Below are positions 21,371 through 34,191 of a DNA stretch of 64,000 nt, in pieces; the stretch's first letter is position 1, and each line of letters begins with the position of its first letter. The stretch lies in the NCBI GenBank assembly GCA_016197285.1, contig JACPWD010000022.1, positions 182,502 through 246,501 on the forward strand. Direction: 5' to 3'. Source of the DNA: Deltaproteobacteria bacterium. Lineage in GTDB: Bacteria > Desulfobacterota > Binatia > Bin18. Below the pieces are notes generated by a model. That model did not search any database. It was not told the DNA's origin and worked only from the letters and a program-made list of their open reading frames with translations. The position numbers and the translations under genes were made by a program.

Positions 21371-21469
21371 GAGATTGTCGGTTGTGGCGGGAAGATGGCG
21401 GCCCGAGGGCGAGGACGCTCCCGGGCGCACCGTGCGAGGACACGCCCGGCCTTGTAGGTGTGGAGATGA

Positions 21470-21928
21470 TTATTGATCCTGTATCTGTGTCGCCGTCGTA
21501 GGGGTCTTCTGATTGAAGTTATCGTAACATTGCAAGACCAAGGCATAGGACGTACTACCGCCGAATGCGTTCCCCACCGTGGCGTACCCCTGCATCGCGC
21601 CGATCGCGGGATCGCGAAACAAACTGGTCCAGTCAACAGCACCAAGCCCACCACCCAACACGAACGCCGCTACGGATTTCCCTTTGGTGGGTCCAGGGGC
21701 GAGCCCGGTGAGGGTGAGGGTAACGTAGTCGGCATCGGCATCGTTGTCGCGAATCTCTCCGTAGATGGAGCGCGTCGGACCGGTACACTTGACCTTATAG
21801 ACATCGAGACAAGCCAGATGCTCACAACCAACGCTCCCGAAAAAATCCACCGCCCACACGGAGGCCACGTTTCCGCTCACGAGTGTCAACGCCATTCCCC
21901 AAGCCGCCAGCAATTTCTTCATGGACAT
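21470..21928 (-). CDS. Hypothetical small secreted Cys-containing protein
   Basis: 152 aa; N-terminal signal peptide MSMKKLLAAWGMALTLVSGNVASVWA; mature part Gly/Thr-rich with 5 Cys; no homology recognised. Confidence 0.5.
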   Translation of the reverse strand: MSMKKLLAAWGMALTLVSGNVASVWAVDFFGSVGCEHLACLDVYKVKCTGPTRSIYGEIRDNDADADYVTLTLTGLAPGPTKGKSVAAFVLGGGLGAVDWTSLFRDPAIGAMQGYATVGNAFGGSTSYALVLQCYDNFNQKTPTTATQIQDQ

Positions 21929-22254
21929 ATTTTTTCCTTTCTTGATTGATGACGAGGGCGAAGCAAGTACAAAGGATTCGGATGAGGTGGCGCACGGGCA
22001 GTAGGTACCATAGAGCAGGCTCCTTGCCCCCTACTTACTCATAGTGCACTCTCAAGTCTACACTCAGTCGATTTGTCAACTATAAAGTGACCATCGACCT
22101 CGGCATAACGCCCAAGCCCATCGCGAGCCAGCAAGACGCGCCCTTTCACATTCACCAGAACCGCAAGCGGGCGGCAGCCCCGTGCGGAACAATCGAATGG
22201 AGACGGGGCAGGCTTCTCCTTCTCTGCTGGGATTCAGCGTTGCCTCATCCCAGC

Positions 22255-23857
22255 CTACGGCCCTGCCACAAGGTCGCGAGCAAGTACAGTGCGTTTTCCC
22301 CCCCGCCTCCTAGCGGGTGACACTTTTAGACGACCACTCTGAAGGGACACAAGACGCTCCGCCACTCCCGCGAGCGCCTCTAGATCATCGCGGTTGTACT
22401 CAAGAAGGTCCATTTTGAGTACGACACGCCTGTTTTTGTCACGGGAGAGTCGGTACTCCTGGTACAAGGATAGGGCGACAAGGCCATCTTGTATGCGGCT
22501 TACTTTCGATATAGCGAAGTAACTTGCCACTTGGCCAAGCTTATAGCGATTTTCACTTCCGTGCGACCCGGGGGCGCGGGCGTCCCGCCCGCAGGAAAAG
22601 CGACCGAGACGGTCGCGCTCCCAGGAAAAAAGGTCGCATCCATTCGCAAACCGCTATAAGTTGAGGGATCGGGAACCGTACCGCGTTCCTAACATATTGA
22701 AACAGATCTAAATGTTTAGAGGTAACTGCATCCAACTCGTGACCGAGCTTTAGGCGTTGCGCTGCGTTTCGCAATTGAGGCATGTCCGCACCATTGCCAC
22801 TCCAAGTCACAACAGGTAGCGAGGGATTCGCCATCGAAATCTCGGCTAGGCGCTTGAGATTTCGTTTCTCCTGAATTGACGTCTCTGCCCACAGCGCGAA
22901 GTATTCGCGGCCATTCGGTCTCACCAAACAGATCCCAACGAGCCAAATAAGCCCGCTGGGGACGTACTCAAGGTCTAGGGCCAGAAATCCGCCATCCAAC
23001 CGGAGAGGATTCCCGAACAGCACCGGGGACGAGGCAGAATAGCTCGCGGCATGGTGTTTCCAGTGGTCAACTTGAGCGGGCGAGACAAAACATTTTCGAT
23101 CACGGAGCTTCTCGACAAGAGAGGAAGACTCGACCGAGAGAAGTTCATCATAATCGCTAATACCGATATCTTCGAAATGCCGCGCGTAGACTCGCCCCAT
23201 CCCCCAGAGCCGCGTAAGGTCTTTCTTCGCACGCGTGGCGCGGTCGATTTCCTCGCGCATAATCCCACTACAAACGGTGCATCCACAAATACGCGGCGTG
23301 ACGCCGAGATCGCGCGCCTTCCGGATGTCTTGTAACAAGTCGAGTACTTGGTCGAGGCGGTGCGATGGGATCTCAACCTCCACTTGTTCGTCAACTCCAT
23401 CACGACGCAAGAGAAGGTAACCGCGTGGAGGAACCTTTCTTTTCCTGAGGGGTTCGAGGAGCATCCAGTAAAATGCCAACTCCAATTCGTCAGAGCGCTG
23501 GACGGCTTTGTGAGATTTTATCTCTATCGGGATCAACGCGCCTTGAGCCGTGTCTATCGCGTCGGGCTTCCCGTAGATCTGAAGCTTCGCATTCTCGAAA
23601 AGTGGAACGCCGAAGAGGCGGATTGACTCTTCAGCGAATACCCTGGGAAGGTCATTGGGTTCAATTGAGAGAGGAATTGCTTTTGCCTCTACGACGCTAT
23701 GGAATTCGACGCCTTCTTGGATCAAACGGATCTGCATTTCAGTGACCGTCTCCTCAAATGCTATGAGGCCGCGATCAAGCAGATAGAATGCGTACGGGCA
23801 GCGCAGATATCTCGTTAGGTCGGTTTTGCTAACCCAGATTGGGGGGCGGGTCGGCAT
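22255..23857 (-). pseudogene. TM0106-family RecB-like nuclease (Cas4-like PD-(D/E)XK + HhH + RNase H-like), disrupted by frameshift/insert
   Basis: ORF 22553..23857 has a Cas4-like nuclease with CGCTVCSG cysteine cluster, HhH (ISDYDELL) and an RNase H-like segment. The conserved C-terminal IPxLW...YNxxDxxAL motif continues in another frame, ORF 22255..22530 (IQDGLVALSLYQEYRL...LLEYNRDDLEAL). The junction 22553..22640 contains two GC hairpins. Confidence 0.55.
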
Positions 23858-24166
23858 TTGCTGCTCCCTTCACAATCCTTAATTCTAGCCACAGATCGAC
23901 ACACCATTTTCTCCCGATATCACAGCGTTCACCACACAAAGCGTTCCGGCGGAAACCCAATATGCCTTACGCAGTAAGAAGTCAACAAGCAAAACTTCGT
24001 GATGATGCCTGCGTAGCGCTCCTCCTTGGTCATCGCGCCGAGCACCCCTCGCCACCCTCAGCATGAATGCCACCGTCCGCCGCCGACTGGACGACTCCCT
24101 GACCGAACGACCGAAAGACTCGCTCTCCCCCTTTCGTTTGCAGCCCTCACCTTCTAGTCTGTAGGC

Positions 24167-25960
24167 ATGTACGGATTTCACGGTCGCCTGCTCCAGGTCG
24201 ATCTCACCACCGGCTCTTACGCTTGGCGAGATGTGGCTGACGCTCGGCTACGCCAGGTGCTCGGCGGGATCGGTCTCGGGACGCAGTTGCTCTACGAGTA
24301 CGCGCCCACTCGGGTCGAGCCATTTGCCCCGGAGAATCCGCTGATTTTCACCAGCGCTCCGCTGGTCGGTTCGGGTCTGACCACGACCGCGAAATTCGCC
24401 GTCGTCACCGCCTCGCCGCTCACCGGGTTTATCGCCGATTCGCTCTCGTCAAGTTTCTTCGCTTTGGAACTCAAACGCATCGGTATCGATGCCCTCGTCA
24501 TCACCGGCACGGCGTCCACACCGGTCTTTTTGCGGGTGACGGACGACTCGGTTGAGATACGCGACGCTTCTCACCTCTGGGGCAAAAGCCCGCACGAGAC
24601 TGAAGCCGCTATTCGCCAGGAACTGCAAGAAAGAGAGGCGCGCGTCGCGGCAATTGGCGTCGCTGGGGAACGGCTGGTGCGTTACGCCACCATCAGCAAC
24701 GAAGGTCGCCACGCCGGACGTGGCGGCGTCGGTGCGGTGATGGGGGCCAAACGGCTGAAAGCCATCGCCTTGCGTGGACGCGCACGAGTGCGCGTCGCCA
24801 ATCCAGCCCGCGTCGAAACTATCGCCGATGCCCTCCGCCACAAAAGCCTCGGCTCGCTAACCGCCAAATACCGTGAAATCGGCACGGTCGCGAATCTGGC
24901 GGTGTTCAACCGCTTGGGAGTCCTCCCTACCCACAATTTTCAACAAGCGACGTTCGCACACGCCGACGCGCTGAGTGGCGAGAGTCTGCTGACGAATTCG
25001 TTCAGTCGCGTGCAAGGTTGCGCGTCGTGTACGATCCGCTGCGAACGCCTCTTCAAAGCACTCAACGGCGAAGAACAGCGCCTCGAATACGAGACCTTGT
25101 TCGCGTTAGGGCCGCTGTGTGGCATCGACAACCCCGATGCGGTCCTCCAAGCGGCACAGCGTTGTGACCACTATGGGCTCGATACTATCAGCACCGGCGG
25201 CACCATCGCCTGGGCAATGGACTGCGCAGAAAAGGGCTTGCTGCCGGCGGCGCAACGTCTGGGGCTGCGGTTTGGCAATGCCGAAGCGCTGTTAGCAACA
25301 ATCGATGCTATCGCTACCAGGAGCGGCATGGGCGCGCTTTTCGCCGAAGGATCAAGGCGCGCGGCGGCAATGGTTGGCAAAGAGGCCGAGTATCTGGCCG
25401 TGCATGTCAAAGGGATGGAATTACCCGGCTACGAACCGCGCGGACTCCAAACCATGGCCCTCGGTCTCGCCGTCAGCCCACGCGGTGCCTGCCACAACCG
25501 CTCGGGTGCGTATGAAGCCGACTTCTCTGGGCAGGTAGATCGACTGCAATCCGATCCGCAGCGTGGTGCGCTCGTGGCTGCGTCGGAAGATTTTTCCGCA
25601 GTGCTGGATTCGCTGATCGTCTGTAAGTTCCTCCGCAAATGTTTTACCGACTTCTATCCGGAAGCAGCGGACCTCCTCGCAGGCGTGACCGGCTGGGACT
25701 TCTCGCCTACCGAGCTGCAGCGAGTTGGAGAGCGCATTAACACGCTGAAAAAGCTGTTTAACGTACGCCAGGGATGGCAACCTGAAGATGACAATCTCCC
25801 GCTCCGGCTCTTGCAAGAACCGCTGGCTACCGGCGTGGGCCAAGGAACCCTTTTGACTTCTGTGGAATTGCACGAAATGATTCGGGGGTATTATCGAGTT
25901 CGCGGCTGGGATGAACAAGGGTTCGTTCCGGAAGAGAAATTGCAAGAATTAGGTTTGTAG
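24167..25960 (+). CDS. Aldehyde:ferredoxin oxidoreductase (tungsten-containing AOR family)
   Basis: 597 aa; AOR N-terminal domain and Fe-S/pterin-binding motifs (CxxC...C...TGG-rich segment); ATG at 24167. Confidence 0.85.
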   Translation: MYGFHGRLLQVDLTTGSYAWRDVADARLRQVLGGIGLGTQLLYEYAPTRVEPFAPENPLIFTSAPLVGSGLTTTAKFAVVTASPLTGFIADSLSSSFFALELKRIGIDALVITGTASTPVFLRVTDDSVEIRDASHLWGKSPHETEAAIRQELQEREARVAAIGVAGERLVRYATISNEGRHAGRGGVGAVMGAKRLKAIALRGRARVRVANPARVETIADALRHKSLGSLTAKYREIGTVANLAVFNRLGVLPTHNFQQATFAHADALSGESLLTNSFSRVQGCASCTIRCERLFKALNGEEQRLEYETLFALGPLCGIDNPDAVLQAAQRCDHYGLDTISTGGTIAWAMDCAEKGLLPAAQRLGLRFGNAEALLATIDAIATRSGMGALFAEGSRRAAAMVGKEAEYLAVHVKGMELPGYEPRGLQTMALGLAVSPRGACHNRSGAYEADFSGQVDRLQSDPQRGALVAASEDFSAVLDSLIVCKFLRKCFTDFYPEAADLLAGVTGWDFSPTELQRVGERINTLKKLFNVRQGWQPEDDNLPLRLLQEPLATGVGQGTLLTSVELHEMIRGYYRVRGWDEQGFVPEEKLQELGL

Positions 25961-25974
25961 AGGAAGACGCGCAT

Positions 25975-28842
<2,868 letters not shown>

Positions 28843-28872
28843 GCGCCTATCCGGATAACCACTATCGCCCGA

Positions 28873-28970
28873 TTGTCATTCTGAGCGCAGCGAAGAATCT
28901 TGCTTTCACCGCCGAAGAAAGATGTTTCGCGGAGTTTATCCTGAGCGTAGTCGAAGGGCTCAACATGACA
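28873..28970. repeat. MITE/REP-like repeat family 1 copy C, flanked by TATCCGGATA palindromic direct repeats
   Basis: TGTCATTCTGAGCGCAGCGAAGAATC ... GCGGAGTTTATCCTGAGCGTAGTCGAAGGG; CCTATCCGGATAAC at ~28848 and GTTATCCGGATAGG at ~28981. Confidence 0.7.
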
Positions 28971-29285
28971 CGTTGCTCACCGTTATCCGGATAGGCACTG
29001 AGTACAAGGCACCCTAAATGACAATTCTCAGTTGGATGTTTTTCATAGGGTCGATTCTGGTTTTATCGCTGGGCCTCTCCATCTACTACCAAGACAAGAA
29101 AGACGCCCGGCACCGCAAAAAATGATCGCTCTCCTGTCATTAGGCACCCGGAAAACAGCAAACCAAGCTCTCAGCTCTCAAGATGGAGAAAATCCATGTC
29201 CCAGCTCATCGAACCAGGGTCCCTGCCCATGAGGAAAAGAACACCGAATCGTTCTTCACTTTCAACTTTTCACTTCTTCCTACCT

Positions 29286-30647
29286 TCACCAAATCTTCCC
29301 CGGGTTCAGAATCCCTTTCGGATCGAACACCTGCTTGATCCCCTTCATCAGCTCCAGCGCCGGGCCATGTTCTTGCTGCACGTACTTGCGGCTGCCAAGG
29401 CCAATGCCGTGCTCCCCCGAAGCCGTACCGCCGACGGATAAGACGAAGGCGACGATTTCATCTTTCGCCTGATTGGCTGCGGCCCAGCGCGGGGTGTCCG
29501 CCGGATCTTCGCGCAACAGCGCGTGCAAAATACCGATGCCAGCATGACCAAAGGTATGCAGAAGAACACCATGCCGCTCAGCGATGGCATAGCTCTGTTC
29601 GACTACTTCCGGCAACCGAGAGATAGGAAACCCCATGTCGGTACGAATCGTCTTCGCCTGCGGCTTGAACGCTTGGATCGCTCGTGTGGTGAAATGGCGG
29701 ACCTCCCAAGGGTTACGCCCGTTGGGCAACGAAATTAGTCTTCCGGTTTGCTCTTCGCACAGCGCCACGGCAGTGGCAAACACGGCATCTACTGCTGGCT
29801 CTGTCCCATGCACTTCCACGAAAAGCGAGGGTTGTTCGAGCAGACCGAACCCTTGAAAGCGGTTGAGCGCCGCAATTGACCGGCGGTCCAGGAACTCGAC
29901 CGCCGCCAGATCGACCCCATACTGCATCATCTCAGCAATCGCCGTCACCGCCAACTTTTCGTTAGGAAAGGCGAACGCGCCCTGTTTTTTGGCCTGCGGC
30001 AAGCCAATGAGGGACAAGGTCAGCTCCGTGGCAATGGCCAACGTTCCTTCGGACCCGACCAGCAACCCGAGCAAATGATACCCGGATGAGGTTTTGCGGC
30101 TCCGGGTACCAAGGTGCAGTGTGTCACCCGTTCCTGTCACCACGGTCGCGGCTTTCACATGATCGCGCGTGCCGCCGTATTTCACCGAGTAAATGCCGCT
30201 AGCGTTGTTCGCCGCCATGCCGCCAATCGTGGCGACATCCGAACTCCCACCCGGTGACGGCGGAAAGAAGAGTCCATAGGGCTTCAACTGCTCGTTGAGC
30301 TGGTTGTAGACCATGCCAGGTTGGACGGTCACTTGCAGGTCTTCCGCGTGCACGGTCACAATCCGGTTCATCAGCGACAGGTCCAGGACAATACCGCCGT
30401 GCACGGGAATCGGGTTGCCTTCCAAGCTGGACCCGGCGCCGCGCGCCGTGACTGGAATCTCACGCTCGTAGGCGTAACGCACGACTCGGCTCACTTCGTC
30501 AGTCGTCAGCGGCCACGCCACCACGTCCGGCAGCGCCGCCGGGCACGACGACTCGTCATGAGAAGCAATTTCGAGATCGGCAGGTTTGACCGAGACGCGA
30601 TCCGGTAAGAGAAGAGCGGCAAGATCGACGGCAAGAGGCATACCCAC
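29286..30647 (-). CDS. FAD-linked oxidase (GlcD / D-lactate dehydrogenase family)
   Basis: 453 aa; FAD-binding PCMH domain (RGAGSSLEGN) and C-terminal oxidase domain ending ...VFDPKGILNPGKIW. Confidence 0.85.
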   Translation of the reverse strand: MGMPLAVDLAALLLPDRVSVKPADLEIASHDESSCPAALPDVVAWPLTTDEVSRVVRYAYEREIPVTARGAGSSLEGNPIPVHGGIVLDLSLMNRIVTVHAEDLQVTVQPGMVYNQLNEQLKPYGLFFPPSPGGSSDVATIGGMAANNASGIYSVKYGGTRDHVKAATVVTGTGDTLHLGTRSRKTSSGYHLLGLLVGSEGTLAIATELTLSLIGLPQAKKQGAFAFPNEKLAVTAIAEMMQYGVDLAAVEFLDRRSIAALNRFQGFGLLEQPSLFVEVHGTEPAVDAVFATAVALCEEQTGRLISLPNGRNPWEVRHFTTRAIQAFKPQAKTIRTDMGFPISRLPEVVEQSYAIAERHGVLLHTFGHAGIGILHALLREDPADTPRWAAANQAKDEIVAFVLSVGGTASGEHGIGLGSRKYVQQEHGPALELMKGIKQVFDPKGILNPGKIW

Positions 30648-30721
30648 TCCGTCAAGAACCCAGAAGCCAGGAGCCAGAATCTAGAAGAAAAATATTCTGA
30701 CTTCTGACTTCTGAATTCCAC

Positions 30722-32557
30722 TTATTGTGTATTATCCTTCTTCTTCGGCCGCAGATGCTGTTGCAAGACTCTCTTGCGCATGCGGATCGACTGCGGCGTC
30801 ACCTCGACCAGCTCGTCGTCGGAGATCCACTCCAAGGCGTCCTCAAGACCCATCTCGCGGTGCGGCGTCAAGCGCACGGCTTCATCGTGCCCGGAGGCGC
30901 GCATGTTCGTGAGCTTCTTTTCGCGGCAGGCGTTTACATCGAGATCTCGGTCGCGCGAATACTCGCCGACCACCATGCCTTCGTAGACCGGAGTTCCAGA
31001 GGGCGTGAATAAAACCCCGCGCTCTTGCAGGTGAAACAGGGCATAGGGCACGGTAGGACCTTCGCGGTCCGAGACCAGCGCGCCGTTCGTGCGGCTTTGA
31101 ATCGGCCCCTGCCACGGCGCATAGCCATTGAACAACGAGTTCATAATCCCCGTCCCGCGCGTATCGGTAAGGAAATGCGAGCGAAAACCGATCAACCCGC
31201 GCGAGGGAATCGAGAATTCTAAGCGGACACGGCCAGACCCCAGGTGATCCATCTTCGTCATGATGCCTTTACGAACCGCCAGCAGTTGCGACACCACGCC
31301 GATGTACTCCTCGGGCACGTCGATCAGCAGCAGCTCCATGGGTTCGTGCGGTTTGCCCTCGACATCTTTGGTGATAACGACCGGCTTCGAGACTTGCATT
31401 TCATAGCCCTCACGTCGCATGGTCTCGATGAGGATCGCGAGCTGCAACTCGCCGCGGCCCATGACACGAAACGAGTCGGGCGACTCGGTTTCCTCGACGC
31501 GGAGGCTGACATTCTTCCGCAATTCCGCCCAGAGCCGCTCGCGTATCCTGCGGGACGTGACGAATTGCCCTTCTCGCCCGGACCAGGGACTGGTGTTGAC
31601 GCCGAAAATCATGGCGATGGTCGGCTCGTCCACACGAAGGGCGGGCAGCGGCATGGGGGTTTCCTTGTCGGAAATCGTCTCGCCGATTTGGATCTCTTCG
31701 ATCCCAGCGACGGCCACCACATCGCCGGCCTGCGCGGACTCGATCTCCATACGTTTGAGTCCTTGCCAACTGTAAAGCTGGGTAATTTTACACGGGGTTT
31801 GTGATCCATCGAGGCGACAGACGGTGTAAAAGCTCGTGGCCCGTAGCTCGCCGCTGACAATCCGCCCGATCGCCAGACGCCCCACATAATCGTTGTAATC
31901 GAGGTTATTCACCTGAAACTGAACAACGGCAGTCGGGTCGCTCAGCGGCCCCGGCAACGCCGAGATAATCAGATCGAAGAGCGGACGCAGATCTTCGGAT
32001 TCATCATCGAGTGTCCGTTTGGCAATCCCGGCGCGGGCGTTGGTATACACGACCGGAAACTCGATTTGCTCATCGCTGGCACCCAGGTCGATAAAGAGAG
32101 CGTACACTTCGTCCAGCACTTCGCCGATACGCGCATCTGGACGGTCGATCTTGTTGATGCACACAATCGGCGACAAACCGGCTTCGAGCGCTTTCTTGAG
32201 CACGAAGCGCGTCTGCGGCAGCGGCCCTTCGGACGCATCCACCAGCAGCATGACGCCATCCACCATGGCCAAGGAGCGTTCCACCTCGCCGCCGAAGTCC
32301 GCATGACCAGGGGTATCCACGAAATTGATCTTGACCCCATGGTACGAAATCGCCGCATTCTTCGCCAAGATGGTGATGCCACGCTCGCGCTCCAGCTCGA
32401 ACGAGTCCATGATGCGGTCAACGACCTGCTCTTTTACGCGGAACGTACCGCTTTGGCGCAGCAGCGCATCAATCAGTGTAGTTTTGCCGTGATCGACATG
32501 GGCGATGATAGCGACATTACGGATGTCGCTTCGCCGGGACGTATTCGCCTGTGACAT
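30722..32557 (-). CDS. typA: Translational GTPase TypA/BipA
   Basis: G domain [22 protein letters not shown]. Track ORF begins at a TTG at 32632. ATG 32557 ([20 protein letters not shown]) is preceded by GGAGG with a 4-nt spacer. Confidence 0.9.
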   Translation of the reverse strand: MSQANTSRRSDIRNVAIIAHVDHGKTTLIDALLRQSGTFRVKEQVVDRIMDSFELERERGITILAKNAAISYHGVKINFVDTPGHADFGGEVERSLAMVDGVMLLVDASEGPLPQTRFVLKKALEAGLSPIVCINKIDRPDARIGEVLDEVYALFIDLGASDEQIEFPVVYTNARAGIAKRTLDDESEDLRPLFDLIISALPGPLSDPTAVVQFQVNNLDYNDYVGRLAIGRIVSGELRATSFYTVCRLDGSQTPCKITQLYSWQGLKRMEIESAQAGDVVAVAGIEEIQIGETISDKETPMPLPALRVDEPTIAMIFGVNTSPWSGREGQFVTSRRIRERLWAELRKNVSLRVEETESPDSFRVMGRGELQLAILIETMRREGYEMQVSKPVVITKDVEGKPHEPMELLLIDVPEEYIGVVSQLLAVRKGIMTKMDHLGSGRVRLEFSIPSRGLIGFRSHFLTDTRGTGIMNSLFNGYAPWQGPIQSRTNGALVSDREGPTVPYALFHLQERGVLFTPSGTPVYEGMVVGEYSRDRDLDVNACREKKLTNMRASGHDEAVRLTPHREMGLEDALEWISDDELVEVTPQSIRMRKRVLQQHLRPKKKDNTQ

Positions 32558-32760
32558 GATCCTCCCGAGAAAATAAAAGAGGGCCGGAAAAGGTTCGGCC
32601 CTCTGGATAGACAATGGGAGCATTGTGCCCAATCCCTAGCGCGAAGTCGAGCGAGAATGCCGCATTTTTTACGAAAAGGCAGAGCGAGCTGGAAATTTGT
32701 CGGTGCGTTCACGAGCCGGGGAGCGTGGCCAGCTTCGCTTGAACATGGTACAGAAGCGGC

Positions 32761-33327
32761 ATGGACAAAAAAGCCTACGATATCCTTCTGTTCAGTTACT
32801 ACCGCGAGGCCGAACTCCGCGGGGCGGATCTCATTTTGCGGTTGATCAATCGCGCCGAGAATCTGTCGCTGCAAGAAAAACTGACCAAACACCTCGCCGA
32901 CGAAACCAATCATGCCTGGCTGTGGACGGATCGCATTCGTGCCCTGGGAGGCGTCCCCGCGCGCATTGCCGACGGCTATCATCGCCATTTACGCCGCAAA
33001 ACCGGGTTGCCTTCACACCTGCTCGACCTGCTGGCGCTGACCTGCGTGGTCGAAGAGCGCGCCCAGAAACGCTACGATGAGCATGCCTCGCGCCCGGATG
33101 TCGATGCCGATACCCTGGCCGTATTGAAGCAGATGCGCGCCGACGAAGAAGATCATTTAGCCTGGGTCAAAGAAAAGCTCGCAGAGTTGGAGCAAACGGA
33201 AGGCAAGGACAAAGTCGCGGCCACTATCGAGCGTTTCCGGCAATTGGAAGAAGCCGCGTTTGCGGAAATGCGCGTCGATGAACAACAGGCGTTAAACGAC
33301 ATCGCGGCCAATGCGGCAGCAGAGTAA
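32761..33327 (+). CDS. Ferritin-like domain protein
   Basis: 188 aa; paired E...H metal-binding helices (ADETNHAW, ADEEDHLAW) typical of the ferritin-like/rubrerythrin superfamily. Confidence 0.55.
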   Translation: MDKKAYDILLFSYYREAELRGADLILRLINRAENLSLQEKLTKHLADETNHAWLWTDRIRALGGVPARIADGYHRHLRRKTGLPSHLLDLLALTCVVEERAQKRYDEHASRPDVDADTLAVLKQMRADEEDHLAWVKEKLAELEQTEGKDKVAATIERFRQLEEAAFAEMRVDEQQALNDIAANAAAE

Positions 33328-33353
33328 GACGCGATAGCAAAGGAGTGCAGCTC

Positions 33354-34166
33354 ATGGAAACCTTACGCTTCGACCGCACTGGCCATGTCGGCTGGCTGTG
33401 GTTGAACCGCCCCCAGAAACTCAATGCCATGACCGCCCAGATGTGGGACGAGCTGCGCGAGCTAGGACAAACCTTGCGCGACGATCCCGACCTGCGAGCC
33501 TTGGTGGTCATTGGCGAAGGACGCTCGTTTTCCACCGGCATCGACACCTCGCAGTTTGGTGGCGACCTGCTCGGCAGTAGCAGTCAGCCCTCAAAAGTCG
33601 GGGCGGCGGACGATCCCGTGGTCACGGCGATCCTGCGCACGCAGGAAGCCTTCACGTGGCTGGAAGAAACCCCGTATCCCACCATTGCCGCTGTGCGTGG
33701 ACATGCTTTGGGTGCGGGTATGCAACTGGCGCTCGCCTGCGACATGCGCGTGGTCGCCCGCAGTGCGCAATTCGGTTTGCTGGAACATCGCTACGGTTTG
33801 GTGCCGGATCTCGGTGGCACGCAACGCCTTCCGCGTTTGGTTGGTGCTGGCAAAGCGAAGGAACTGATCTTTACGGCGAAAATTATTGACGCCGAGGAAG
33901 CGCAACGTCTGGGCATGATCGAACAACTCGTCGAGGACGAAGCACTGGAATCGGCTGCCACGACTCTAGCGGAAACCATCGCTGCCCAACCGCCGCTGGC
34001 CGTCCGTTATGCCAAACGCGCGATTAACGCCGCGCTCGACACCCCGATCCGACAGGGCCTACGCCTGGAAGCCGAAGGCCAAGCCGTCTGTCTGCGTTCG
34101 GAGGATTTCAAGGCAGCGATTCGCGCGTATAAAGAACGACAGGTGCCGCAATACAAAGGGCGGTAA
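33354..34166 (+). CDS. Enoyl-CoA hydratase/isomerase family protein (crotonase)
   Basis: Crotonase fold (ALVVIGEGRSFSTGIDT...AAVRGHALGAGMQLALACDMRV). ATG 33354 has AAGGAG 8 nt upstream. Track ORF starts at a GTG at 33345. Confidence 0.85.
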   Translation: METLRFDRTGHVGWLWLNRPQKLNAMTAQMWDELRELGQTLRDDPDLRALVVIGEGRSFSTGIDTSQFGGDLLGSSSQPSKVGAADDPVVTAILRTQEAFTWLEETPYPTIAAVRGHALGAGMQLALACDMRVVARSAQFGLLEHRYGLVPDLGGTQRLPRLVGAGKAKELIFTAKIIDAEEAQRLGMIEQLVEDEALESAATTLAETIAAQPPLAVRYAKRAINAALDTPIRQGLRLEAEGQAVCLRSEDFKAAIRAYKERQVPQYKGR

Positions 34167-34191
34167 CACAACACCAAGGAGGCTTACCATG

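Noticed and set aside
34009-34191. N-terminal extension of the rhodanese ORF
   Set aside because: Overlaps the crotonase gene, Arg-rich. A GGAGG-ATG at 34192 gives a proper rhodanese start.
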